Source: Octopus bimaculoides
Lineage: Eukaryota
Length of the DNA stretch: 64,000 bases
Direction of reading: 5' to 3'
NCBI RefSeq assembly: GCF_001194135.2
Contig: NC_068984.1
Span: 106,243,875-106,307,874, forward strand
Under the pieces are notes generated by a model that was given only the letters and a program-made list of their open reading frames with translations, did no database searches and was not told where the DNA came from. Below, piece after piece: positions 12,755 through 25,759 of the stretch (its first letter is position 1; every line of letters starts with the position of its first letter). The translations under genes were made by a program, and so were the position numbers.

Positions 12755-13890
12755 AAACTTGTTGAAAACATGAAAGACTGAAAAAACTTCACTCTATTCT
12801 GAAAGAGAGCAAAAAATTCGCTACTGATCTCTTAGATACCCACCAGCTTGATCAGGTTGAAGGAAATGTGCCAACTGCTGCTGTAAAGAAAATAAAATTA
12901 ATTGCAAAGACAAAAGCACATGAAAAATTAGCTAGCAGATGGGAACAGAAACCTCTGCATGGCAAGTATGTGGCTCGGAGCAAACAAGGTGATGTTGACC
13001 AGAAACACACGCATCAATGGTTACGAAGCTCAGGGCTAAAAGCAGAGAGCGGAGGTTTCATATTGGCTGCTCAAGACCAAAGCTTATTAACCCNNNNNNN
13101 NNNNNNNNNNNNNNNNNNNNNNNNNNNNNNNNNNNNNNNNNNNNNNNNNNNNNNNNNNNNNNNNNNNNNNNNNNNNNNNNNNNNNNNNNNNNNNNNNNNN
13201 NNNNNNNNNNNNNNNNNNNNNNNNNNNNNNNNNNNNNNNNNNNNNNNNNNNNNNNNNNNNNNNNNNNNNNNNNNNNNNNNNNNNNNNNNNNNNNNNNNNN
13301 NNNNNNNNNNNNNNNNNNNNNNNNNNNNNNNNNNNNNNNNNNNNNNNNNNNNNNNNNNNNNNNNNNNNNNNNNNNNNNNNNNNNNNNNNNNNNNNNNNNN
13401 NNNNNNNNNNNNNNNNNNNNNNNNNNNNNNNNNNNNNNNNNNNNNNNNNNNNNNNNNNNNNNNNNNNNNNNNNNNNNNNNNNNNNNNNNNNNNNNNNNNN
13501 NNNNNNNNNNNNNNNNNNNNNNNNNNNNNNNNNNNNNNNNNNNNNNNNNNNNNNNNNNNNNNNNNNNNNNNNNNNNNNNNNNNNNNNNNNNNNNNNNNNN
13601 NNNNNNNNNNNNNNNNNNNNNNNNNNNNNNNNNNNNNNNNNNNNNNNNNNNNNNNNNNNNNNNNNNNNNNNNNNNNNNNNNNNNNNNNNNNNNNNNNNNN
13701 NNNNNNNNNNNNNNNNATTTATCAATTTTTTTTTTTTTTAAATACATATTTTACCGGTGAATTTGCATGTGCAATCTGGGAATGCATACAATAAGTTTCT
13801 CTGCCCTAGGTGTACGGAAAACACTCGGCGAGAAATGGAAGAAAATTTGAAGAAAGAAAAAAACAACATAATAATAATAATAATAATAAT
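12755..13890 (+). mobile_element. R4/Dong-like RLE LINE, copy 1 (5' truncated, gap inside)
   Basis: KPLHGKY...HQWLRSSGLKAESGGFILAAQDQSLLT is the region before the zinc knuckle. It starts after a (TAA/TGA)n run. The presumed 3' end finishes in (TAA)n at about 13868-13890. Confidence 0.8.
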
Positions 13891-14099
13891 AAAAAGTGCA
13901 ACGGTACACTGATCACATATTGCAATTCCAGCAAAACAGGTTATTCTCAAATAACCAGAGGCAGCTTTTTAAGAGCTTAGGAGGAGATAAAGAAGATAAT
14001 ATACCTCATTAAACAGAGGAAAATGCTAATTTTGGAATAACATCTGAGGGCAAGAAGTTTCTCACAACCATGGTGTTGAGTGGATTCATTCCGTGAGAT

Positions 14100-16330
14100 T
14101 CAAACTCCATCATTCGGAAGCTCCATGAGAGGACCATGTGCTCATAACAATGGAAGATGTAATTGCACAGGTATCAAAACAGCCAAACTGGAAAGCAGCA
14201 GGACCAGACAGAAATCATGGCTACAGCTCATGTGGTTTAGGTCAACACACAAGTGAATTGCATTGCAATTAGACAATAGCCTACAGATTGGTGCAGTTCT
14301 GGAGTGGATTATAGCGAGAAAGAGAACATTGTTGAAAGATCAATCAAAGGGCAATGAGGTTGGCAATTATCAACCCATTGCTTGCTTTAAACTCTTATGG
14401 AGAGTATTAACATGCATCCTCACAGGGAAAATACATACGTTCCTTGCAGAAAACAATCTACTTCCAGTAGAACTAAAGGGATGCTGGAAGGGATCCAAGG
14501 GCACCATGGACTACCTTAAACAGTACCAAAAAAAATTGTTCATGGCCTGGATAGACTTTAAAAAGGCTTACAACATGTTACCGCATTCGTGGATTTTGGA
14601 AATACTCTATATATGTGGAATAGTTGAGAACGTATGTGCACTGATTAAGAACAGCATGCCTAGTTGGAAAACATCTTTTCTGTAACAACCAGCACTTAGC
14701 TAAAGTAACAATCAAAAGTAGTATCTTCCAAGGAGACTCTGGATCCCCTTTGTTATTTGTTATAGCCTTGATCCCACCTTCTGTAGTCTTATGCAAAGTC
14801 AATGTGTACTATAAGCTGAGAAAGAATGGACCTCATCTCAACCACCTTCTCTTCATGAATGATTTAAAACCATTTGCAAAAACAGAGCCTGAAATGGAGA
14901 GGCTGGTTGAGACTGTACAGATGTGCAGCAAGGATATAAGGATGGAATTCGGTATCTTGAAGTTTGCAGTGCTCACTTTGAAACAGGGTAAAAGAGGAGA
15001 TTGTAAGGGCATAGAATTCCCAAACAAAGAGAGAATGGAAGACTTGGATGATGATGGGTACAAGTACCTTGGGATCCTGAAGCTGGACAATATCTTGCAC
15101 AGAGAAATGAAAGACAAGGTAATCACTGCATATTTGAAGCACCTCAAATTTCTCTTGAAATCAAAACTGAACTCAAGGAACCTTGGGACTGCCAGCAACA
15201 TATGGGTTGTTGCTGTAGTCCGCTACAGTGTACCCATCCTGAAATGGACATGAGCGGTGATTAACCAACTCGATTGCACTACCTGAAAGATGATGACAAT
15301 GCATAGTGCCCTCCACCCTAAGGCGAACATACACAGGCTCTACATGAAGAGGTGTAAAGGTGGGCTGATTAGCATATGGGAGTGCATCAACAATGAAAGA
15401 AGAAACATGGCAGAATATTTGGTATACAGCAAACAAGATCTGCTACAGTATGTTGCTAATGCAGAAGGATTTACCAAAAATGGACTTGAGAGTGCTAATG
15501 AATTCTGATCACAGAGAGCCAACGAAAGAGAAGAAACTTTATTCTGCATGGTATTACATGGTCAGTTCCACTGTAAAACTAACAACTTAAAAGACCAGGA
15601 AGTGCCAAAGAGGTGGCTCATCAAGGGTGACCTAAAAAAGAAGACTGAAAGCCTAATCATTGCCGCCCAGGATCAAGCATTGAATACCAACTCAGTGAAA
15701 AGAGATATATACCACACAAGTGCTATGAACCTCTGCAGAATGTGTGGGAAGAAGGTCAAAAGCATGAATCACATTGTTAGTGCTTGTGAAAGTCTTGCAC
15801 AGAAAGAGTACATAGGCAGACATGACAAGGTAGTGCAAAACCTTCACTGGCTACTATGCTGGAAGTATGGATATGACTTCCAGACAAACAAGGTGTTAGA
15901 GTACTAATGGCTGGACATAGTAACCTTTAGGAGGGACAAACAAGAGTGCTTAATAATCAACATTGCTGTACCCAGAGATCAACATATGAAAGAAAGAGAA
16001 AAGATTGATAAATAAGGAGACCTGAGAATTGAGATCACCAAGATGTGGTAGCTATGAGAGTCAAACATAAAGGTTGTCCCTATTGTCATCAGAGCACTGG
16101 GTTCAAAACCACGCAAGCTTTAGAAACATTTGGAGACTTTAGAAATACACTAGAATCTAGGTGTATTGCAAAAATCAGCATTACTTGGAACTGCACTCAT
16201 ATTGCATAAAGTACTGTCTGTCTGAGGTCCTCGTTGTGACTTGACTGAGTACAAACCCCCAGTAGTCACAATATCTTCAATCAACAACATCACGATATTG
16301 GATACCGTGTGATGTCTTAACAATAATAAT
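14100..16330 (+). mobile_element. R4/Dong-like RLE LINE, copy 2 (RT, CCHC knuckle and restriction-like endonuclease; inactivated)
   Basis: WIDFKKAYNMLPHSW, FQGDS-like motif, HLLFMNDLK, AAQDQALNT, CRMCGKK..HIVSACESL...RHDKV, then DIV...KECLIINIAVP...KVVPIVIRALGS. Several stops and frameshifts. Ends at caataataatgatg. Confidence 0.92.
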
Positions 16331-16514
16331 GATGAAAATTACTTGTAGAAGGAAGTTTTTAGACTTTATTAATGTATTGTGACATACATTTCTGAATTCT
16401 TGATATTCATTTGTGAGGATATTTTCACAACCATAGGATATTATTGAATATTATTTATATCACAGGAGCTTTTATGAGCTCATTCAGAGTCATTTGCCCA
16501 AAACAAATTAATAA

Positions 16515-16534
16515 CACACACACACACACACACA

Positions 16535-16597
<63 letters not shown>

Positions 16598-16622
16598 ACA
16601 CATGTGTGTATGTGTGTGTGTT
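16515..16622. repeat. Compound (AC)n(TA)n(TG)n microsatellite
   Basis: Directly visible. Other (TA)n, (GATA)n and (AC)n tracts occur at about 18839, 19178, 21217, 33300 and 60100-60290. Confidence 0.95.
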
Positions 16623-18838
16623 TATGCCTCTATGTCTTGATATCTTTTGATAGTTGTAAATGAGTGTTACTGTCATAGTAACAATGTCATTTGTTTTTCC
16701 ATGAAACCATATCTAGCTATGACGAAATATTACTTTGCTTGAAAACAGGTGAAAGTTGGCAACAGGAAGAGCATCTGGCTATAGAAAATCTGCCTGACCC
16801 ATAAGAGCATGGAAAAGTAGACACTAAAATGATGATGATGATGACTATATTTCTATTAGGTATCACTATGAATTTTGAAAATATTTAAAAGTAATGTCTA
16901 CTGTATTTTTTTTTTTTTTTNNNNNNNNNNTTTTTTTTTTTTTGGAGAGCATCCAAAAAGGAATATTTTGATACCACAATTGTGAAATCTGGATGAATAT
17001 TTTAGGAAATGTGACAATTTGAATGATCAGCAAATTGGTCAAAATCTTGCCTAATCGGCCTAAATGAATAATTAGCCATATTTGTGATGTCATGGTTTTG
17101 AAACCAAAGTGATAATCATCTTCAAATTACACAAATTAATAGTTTCCATGGTATAGCAGTTGCTTATTTCTTTTCAGGTTCTTGAAAACGAAACAACATG
17201 AATCAGCACTACTTGTGGACAGGTAAACATTACCACAAATAATTTAACTATTCAAAATTGGTAAAAAGAAAGAAAACAAAATATAATATTGAACTTTAAT
17301 AGCCAACAAAATAATATTCACTGCACAATATAATTTTTATTGGTGAAATTTGACCAATCTTTCTCAAAGGAAAATAAAATTTACATGTACAAAAATATCT
17401 ACTAGGTAAAATTTGGACATCACTCTCCACAAATTAAAGCAGTGAGAGGGAATAAACAACATCCTCAATGTGATGAATCCATGCTAATCTTGGGCTTTAG
17501 AAGACTTATGTAGCTCAATTTAGCGAGTTTTTTTTTTTTTTTCCATAGAAATATATGTTCACTTAGTAATTAGTTTGTCCATTTCTAGAAATTCTGGCTC
17601 AAACTTGATATTTGAATATTTGAAACCTTGGATTCATGTTCCATTTGACCTCTCATGCAAAAATACATCAGTTTGACAAGTAGCATCAGTATGTGTTAAA
17701 CCTATATGAGCTGCTGTAGCAGTACCACCCTCTTTATTGACTTTGTGTATTTTCGCTATATCATGGCCAGATTCAGCAATGACTGTATTAAATTCACGAG
17801 AAATTTTTCTTATGATATTAAAATCTTGAAGAAAATATGTTCTTTTTTGAATGAACACTAACGATAAACCTACCGCTTGTATATTTCATAACGATTATCT
17901 GACCTACTCCTATTGATTTTTATATCACAATAATACAAAAATGGTCCTCTCTTCATGACTGGATGATTTTGAACACAAAGTGAGTTATAGTGCTTTGAAT
18001 TAGAACTAGAGCTACCATTCAGCAGTCAAAAAATAAAAAAAATAAAATAGGAAAAAAACTTTGTGAATGGGTGGAAATACCAGGGTGTTTAAGGGACCCT
18101 GGTATGATATGTGTCAGATTTTGATCAAAACTATATGAAAAGGAAGTTCACATTCAGAACATTCAAATGATATATAATTTTTCATGAAAAAAAAATGTAT
18201 TTTGACATGAAAACGACCATGCAAAAAAGTGTNNNNNNNNNNNNNNNNNNNNNNNNNNNNNNNNNNNNNNNNNNNNNNNNNNNNNNNNNNNNNNNNNNNN
18301 NNNNNNNNNNNNNNNNNNNNNNNNNNNNNNNNNNNNNNNNNNNNNNNNNNNNNNNNNNNNNNNNNNNNNNNNNNNNNNNNNNNNNNNNNNNNNNNNNNNN
18401 NNNNNNNNNNNNNNNNNNNNNNNNNNNNNNNNNNNNNNNNNNNNNNNNNNNNNNNNNNNNNNNNNNNNNNNNNNNNNNNNNNNNNNNNNNNNNNNNNNNN
18501 NNNNNNNNNNNNNNNNNNNNNNNNNNNNNNNNNNNNNNNNNNNNNNNNNNNNNNNNNNNNNNNNNNNNNNNNNNNNNNNNNNNNNNNNNNNNNNNNNNNN
18601 NNNNNNNNNNNNNNNNNNNNNNNNNNNNNNNNNNNNNNNNNNNNNNNNNNNNNNNNNNNNNNNNNNNNNNNNNNNNNNNNNNNNNNNNNNNNNNNNNNNN
18701 NNNNNNNNNNNNNNNNNNNNNNNNNNNNNNNNNNNNNNNNNNNNNNNNNNNNNNNNNNNNNNNNNNNNNNNNNNNNNNNNNNNNNNNNNNNNNNNNNNNN
18801 NNNNNNNNNNNNNNNNNNNNNNNNNNNNNNNNNNNNNN

Positions 18839-18891
<53 letters not shown>

Positions 18892-19178
18892 AAACCCATT
18901 AACCTGTTTAAAAAACACCCTTCTGGAGAAGTGCTTAAACATGCTGTTATGAAATGATTGGTATTGATTATGCAATAGATGTATTCTCGTGATGGAGCTT
19001 ACCAAAGTTTCCCATAATGCTAATTAGTTTTGGAATGATTACAGGAAAGGTAGCACATGGCTTGATCAATAAAAAGACAGAGAATTATACACATGCTGGT
19101 ACTGTTGATTACATGTTTGGATGTATGTGTTACTTTAGGCATTGACTCAATGAAAGAGAGAGAGAATGAAATATGTAC

Positions 19179-19212
<34 letters not shown>

Positions 19213-19731
19213 ACAGTGATATAGATAGAAGGACAGAGAAATAGAAGGGAAAAGTAATTGAGAAGTAGAGAAAGGTTGAGAAAGCGGATCTATGTTTTCA
19301 TTACAGGGCTGGATAAAACCTATATGCTCTTTGAAAGAGAATGTCTGTAGCAAGAAGTAAGAGTATATTAATATATGTTAACATTAACATTTATCATTTG
19401 TATGTTACATGTATTTACACAGTCACACACAGTTTTTCTTCATTATTAAGAGAGGTAGAAGGACAGAGAAGGGCACAAGCCCACATTCTAAGTTATCTAT
19501 TTAGCCTTAGATCAGTCCTGGTTTAGCAGACCCATGATCAAAGACAATCTAGCTTTGGCTAGAACTACATAATCCAATGTAGCCTTTATTTAAGGGAGTA
19601 GGATATGTTGAGGGGATACGCTTGATATTTCTAGCCAGATGCAGTGACCATGCAGAGGTTTTCCTGTTGGCTCAAAGGAGACCAAGCAGGGGAGATAACT
19701 GGGTGAAGTTAGAGAAGTTAATGTTAAATAT

Positions 19732-20176
19732 TTTTGTTGGCACTCCGTCGCTTATGACGTCGAGGGTTCCAGTTGATCCGATCAATGGAACAGCCTGCTC
19801 ATGAAATTAACGTGCAAGTGGCTGAGCACTCCACAGACACGTGTACCCTTAACGTAATTCTTGAGGATATTCAGCGTGACACAGTGTGACAAGGCTGACC
19901 CTTTGAATTATAGGCACAACAGAAACAGGTTGTGGTGAAATAATGAATAAATGCAAGTAATTGTGCTTTATTGCTAATGTCAGTTGATTTGTCAGCCTGT
20001 AGAGAAAAATATGAGTTCTGAAGTTTGTTCTGTACATTTTCCTCTGTATCAGCAGATAAATCCATAATTCACGTGGAGCTTTTAGGTGTTTTCGCTCAAT
20101 AAACACTCACAACGCCCGGTCTGGGAATTGAAACCGCGAGTCCGCTGCCCTAACGACTGGGCCATTGCGCCTCCAC
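19732..20176 (-). mobile_element. tRNA-headed SINE, family C, with a 13-bp target-site duplication
   Basis: TAATGTTAAATAT at 19719-19731 and 20177-20189 flanks the copy. The body matches 40325-40590. A hAT fragment is inserted at 19942-20074. Confidence 0.88.
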
Positions 20177-20307
20177 TAATGTTAAATATAAATAATTGTT
20201 TATGTGTGAATATTTTTGATAAAATTTCAAAAACAAAATGAACTACATTAACATATCTACTCATTCTCTGTATATTTTAAGAGATTTAGGCATAAATATG
20301 CTGATCA

Positions 20308-20685
20308 CTGTTGTATTTCATCATCACAAAACATCTCCTTCCTTGTGACCAGCACACTCATGTTCAAATCAGCCAAAACTTATTGAAAATGGATACATTA
20401 TTGTTTGAATTCTCACTGTTCTGCATGAACCTCATGAATTATTATCAGTTTGGTAGAGATGAGCATGCATCAGCAAATAATTTGATTTGTTTACTGATTT
20501 CTATAAAACAAGAGCTAGTACTCTAATCAGATTTCTCAGTCTGAAGAGCTTTAACTGAGGAGACGCACAACAATATCTCAAACTCCCCTTGCATCAATGA
20601 ATTGTGGGTTATGAACACACATTGTCTAAAAGGAAGAGATGTTCTCCAATGTTAAAATACAACAGGGATCACACATTCATGTTTG
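20308..20685. repeat. Foldback element with CTGTTGTATTT...AAATACAACAG ends and hammerhead remnants
   Basis: Terminal inverted match, with the right arm homologous to 28075-28300. CTGAGGAGAC at 20555. Confidence 0.7.
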
Positions 20686-21215
20686 AATCTGCCAGAACAC
20701 ATTAAGGGTGGAGAGTGGATTGTTAAACAAAATACTTGCTGTTCTGTGTGTATCTCCTGAATTAAAATAAACTGACCATGGTTATAGTAAATCATTCAAT
20801 GACAACAGATAAGAGAATCTTTCTGGGTAAATCAACTTGCTTGCATGGGTCAGATAAAACTCATTCAAGCAGATTTCCAATGCCATTCCTGTCACCAATA
20901 TTCACCTGTTTCCATATAAAGTAATATTCCTCTTCTTCCATGGCTGGACATGTTTTTATGATAGACTAGAAACATAACACTGTTTGTATGACAGTGACAC
21001 TTATCTTTTACTTGTTCCAGTCATTTGACAGCAGCCATGCTGGGGCATCACCTTGAAATTTTAGTTGAATGTATTGACTCCAGAACTTATATTTTAAAAT
21101 CCTGGTACTTACTCTATCAGTCACTTTTGCTAAACTGCTAAGATATGGGGATGCAAACACACCAGCACCAGTGGTCAAGCAGTAGTGCAGGACAAACACA
21201 AGCACAAACTCATAG

Positions 21216-21261
<46 letters not shown>

Positions 21262-21599
21262 GATGGGCTTCTTTCAGTTTCCATTTACATACATATAAGT
21301 GGGACTGAACCGTGAACTATGTGGTTGGGAGGCAAGCTTCTTACCACACAGCCATGCCTGTGATCACCATGTAATGTCAGGACAAATACACATGCACACA
21401 CACACACACGTCTTCCAGTCTTCTTACAGTTTCTACCTGTCATATCCACTCACAGGCTTTAGTTGGCCCAGGACTATATAAAAAAACACTCGCCCACTGA
21501 ACCTGAAACCATGCAGATGGGAAACAAACTACTTAAACACACAGCCATACCTGTGTGTGGCTTCTTGTGCCTTCTGACACATACAAAATGACACTGTTC

Positions 21600-23830
21600 C
21601 TTGTACATAGTATCTATCCATTTTATTTGAGAGCCAACAACTTTTGTGAGTAAAAGTAAGCACTTGTGTTGGGAATCCATATCAACACAAATTTGTTCAA
21701 ATAAACAACACCTCAACGGCCTACTTTGAATATAATTAACCATTTCAACAACTTGGTTTAATACTTGTTAGACATCTTTTCATCACAAATAACACACAAC
21801 AGAAGAGGTTGATCCTCGTTGCCAGTCCAATGAAACCCAAACTTTAAACTGCTATTGTTTTTCAAACTAGTACCTCCCTATGTAGGAAACAATGAGTACG
21901 TATGACATTAGGATTTTGATGTATGAGCAATACAAAACCTTTAATAGAGCGTATCATAGATGGTGCCTCATAGGTACATATTCCAACACCTGAATTCCAA
22001 GATAAATTCCATTTTTTGAGGTCAGCAGATAAAATGTCAAAAATATCTTAACCTCTTGTAGTGAGTGGCATTTCTTAAAATGAATAAATGCAAGTAATTG
22101 TGCTTTATTGCTAATGTCAGTTGATTTGTCAGCCTGTAGAGCAAAATATGAGTTCTGAAGTTTGTTCTGTACATTTTCCTCTGTATTAGCAGATAAATCC
22201 ATAATTCACGTATGGATTGTATTATTTGAGAGTGGAATCTTGCTTATTTCTTGCTTGGCTTCATCAACTAACATGGTTTTAACCATCTAAGCGGATAAGA
22301 TAATTGACTTGGCTAAACAATAGCTCAACGGCCTACTTTGAATATAATTAACCATTTCAACAACTTAGTTTAATACTTGCTTTAACTCAACTGGTATTGT
22401 TTTTCAAACTAGTACCTCCCTACGTAAGAAGCAATGAGTATGTGTGACATTAGGATTTTGATGTTGTACAAGCAATTTCGTTTGTAATGCAATCATTTCA
22501 GCTATCTCAATAGATGCAACTTGAACCTTTTCAGAAGCATTCATCCTTTTAACAAAATAGTTTCTTTGTCAAGATTGCTGTTCTAGCAGTCTTTGGAAAT
22601 AATTCAAATCTTTACATTGAAGATGTGTGTGTTTAGTTGTAAAATGTCTTTTCAACTTGCTGGGCAACATGTCTTTGTTAGACATCTTTTCATCACAAAT
22701 AACACACAACAGAAGAGGTTGATCCTCGTTGCCAGTCCAATGAAACCCAAACTTTAAAGAGCTATTGCAATATTTACGATTGGGTTGCGCTTTCACATTA
22801 TTATCACTATGCTTAGTTGCTTTTTGACAAACCTTCACTTTCAGATTCATAATCATCACAGTTATTTTTTCTCTTTATAAACTTTTCCATTTTATGGGTA
22901 ATTTAGTCTGTTAATATGAATTCTCTCAGACAAAGAGCACAGATTACCAACAGAGTCAAACTGAGACTGAGACCAGTGAGCTGTGAAAAGTGGCAGCATT
23001 TCACATTATTGGACTTGTTTCAGAAGTCTTTTAAAATTAAAATTGTAAAGATGAAATTTCTCACCACTACATGGATAAAAAAATTGAAATACAGCCACAA
23101 CATGTGAAAAATAAATAAATAATTGCGCCCTTTTAAAGCCTAGCTAGGCTCATGGGCCCGGTTTCCTGGTTTCAATGGCGTATATGTTCCCTGGCTGGAC
23201 GGGATGCCAGTCCATCGCAGCATTACTCATTTTTGCCAGCTGAGTGGACTGGAGCAACGTGAAATGAAGTGTTTTGCTCAAGAACACAACGCATCGCCTG
23301 GTCCAGGAATCGAAACCACAATCTTACGATCATGATGCTGACACCCTAGCCACTAAGTCACGTGCCTCCACCCACAACACGTGAGGATGTATTAAAAGAT
23401 TTAGTTCAACATCATATATTTTAGTTCAATAGTTTATTTTTCACATTTATTATTGAACTGAAAACTGCTGAGGTTACGGCCAAAATAAACTGAAACATAG
23501 TCGTGCACTAAATATGTCCATAAGACGTCAATTTGGAGGACAGATTGATGCTAATTTAGTTCTTATCCTTATGAAATTTCAGATTCAAAATTGAATAACA
23601 CTGTCATACCATAATTAGCCTAAATGAATTGAATGACACAACCACCTCTCATTCTTAATTGAGAACTTAGTATTTAGTTTTTTGCCACTTTGGCATTTAT
23701 ATTTTAACTTACTAGTGAATTTTGGTTTATATTTTTCATATTTTGAGAAATAATCTTACTTTTTTGAGGCACACCTAGCTACATCTTGCAGTGCACCAGT
23801 GCACTGTGGTGCACAGTTTGGGAACCACTG
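21600..23830 (-). mobile_element. hAT (Charlie/Buster, ZBED5-like) transposon, decayed and internally scrambled
   Basis: BED finger RKY..KFGFHWTG..CVIC..SKLKRHFTTKH, LQADKSTDISNKAQLLAFI, THCFL.RE and NYIQSRPL motifs. The TIR gtttgggaaccactg ends at 23830 and is followed by an NNNTANNN-type site (ctctaacc). Confidence 0.9.
23120..23371 (-). mobile_element. Family C-type SINE inserted in the hAT 5' region
   Basis: tRNA-like head on the minus strand. Flanked by near-identical ccacaaca(t/c)gtga at about 23096 and 23372. Confidence 0.8.
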
Positions 23831-24561
23831 CTCTAACCACTGAGCCAGTATTCAATATTTATAGTTTGTAAGTGTATATGTTGATTTAAACTACATATAT
23901 ATTTAATTATTCTATAATTAAGGGTAATTTGATTTGTTCCCAAGTAACAAGCTCATTAGCTGTTTATTTATAATGAATTATTTAGTCTCTTTGTAGCTAA
24001 GTGTTATTAATTATTGGTTTTAATTATAGATGTGTATAACTTTATACATACATAATTTTTTGAAATTTAATTAAAGTCCATTTTTCATTTTTTTTATTGT
24101 TTTACTTTTAATAAGCAGTTTATTTTGGTTAGCATATTTTATAGTATTGAACTTCTTTCATAGATATTGATCTAAGTTTATCAATTTCTTTGTGTATAGT
24201 CTGAGGACTTTGTTTACAAGATGTACTGTTTCACTAATCATTATTAGGCTTGTTTTTGGGTGTGATATCATGTTCATGATGTGATGTTGATTAAACAACA
24301 AAGTATCTAGTTATCTATATTTGTTGTACTGTCTGAATGACTTTTTTGGAATTAGTTCTTTGTTATGAGTACTATTTTGTAGCTAAAAGTTATCACTATT
24401 TGTTTACTCTTATGTTGTTACTTGTGGTAATAAACTGGTAGATTTCCAGGTAGTGTTTATATTTTTAATGCTGTGGACACTGCGAAATTTAATGGTACTG
24501 CCCAAGTGTCAAAACCATAGTGATATCTGACTGCACAGCTGGTGATGGGAATACACATATG

Positions 24562-24870
24562 AGGTGGTATCAAAAAGTTTCCGGACTACTTCTGTAGTGT
24601 GCCAACAGATCAGACAGCAGCATATGATTGCATGTGCAGTGAGAACTAGTGAGTGCTGAGAGAACATCGTTGTGTTTACTTTGTAAGCTGTGAAATTTGT
24701 GATCTCAGGTATGCTGTAGTCAGTGATTTTGTCATAGACATGAAGTTGGAACAAAGAGCCAATATGAAATTTTGCCTTAAACTTGGGAAGTCTGCTACAG
24801 AGATATTGAGCATGCTTTGGCAAGCTTACGGCAATGTGGCAGTGGGTCATACACAATATTTCAAGTGGGA
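24562..24870 (+). mobile_element. Mariner 5' fragment (TIR and N-terminal HTH)
   Basis: gaggtggtatcaaaaagtttccggac TIR-like sequence. MKLEQRANMKFCLKLGKSATEILSMLWQAYG...YFKW is a typical mariner N-terminus. Confidence 0.85.
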
Positions 24871-25275
24871 CAGGGACACGACAGACCCACAGCTCAATCA
24901 AAAGTGTGCTCATAATTTTTTTATGACAGTAAACACATGCCTCATACACTCATTGTTTACATAGTGAGAAACGTGTTTCACAGACAGCCCTATTAGCGAA
25001 CACTGGTAAACACCACCATCCGAATTCGTACAAAGGCATGACTTTGGTAAGCCACAAAAAATTCAATTAATTGCTAGATCAGTGGTTCCCATGCAACCTT
25101 TATATTTTCTATATCTCTAAATACAATAGAAACATGCGTCATACACTCATCTGTTTACATGATGAGAAATGTGTTTCACAGACAGCACTAATGGTGGACA
25201 ACATAAAACACTACTATGAATTCATACCGAGGCATGACTTCGGTAAGCCTAAAAACATTTAGTTAATCACTAGCT

Positions 25276-25395
25276 CGGTGGTTCCCAAACTTTTTTTGCT
25301 GCAGAATCCTTTGACATTATTTTTTAAAATGTGGAACCTCTGAAAACTTTCAGGGAACCCTGGGGTTTTGCAGAACACACTTTGAGAGTCTCTAC
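25276..25395. mobile_element. Small Charlie-like MITE
   Basis: cggtggttcccaaac left TIR, internal ggaacc/gggaaccc repeats and a degenerate ctttgagagtctct right end. Confidence 0.6.
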
Positions 25396-25759
25396 TCCAG
25401 ATTAACAACTCTACACCATATTATGGACATTTACTGGTAACTGCACATGACATCCTGCAACTTTCTTTTTTCATTTCTGTGGGGAACAATATATACACAG
25501 AACACGACAAACACACTGTTTACCTTATAAGAATCATATGGTGAACACATTCCATGAAATGGCAACTGATCATGAGCGTGCATCAACATTATATTATTAC
25601 TGTCAATTTCATACTGATCTATTTTTTATTACAGTTCTTGTTTCATGGTATAACATAATTTGTACTGGTGTTCCTTTTTGCTATTAAAGCAGGATTTGAT
25701 TTGATGCGCAGCTTTTGATGATTCCTCCCGGTTACAATGATGTATGGAACTCTAATTGC

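Noticed and set aside
17634-17890. Minus ORF ...FIQKRTYFLQDFNIIRKISREFNTVIAESGHD...
   Set aside because: No splice sites and no motif I recognise. It may be a transposon remnant and needs a BLASTX search.
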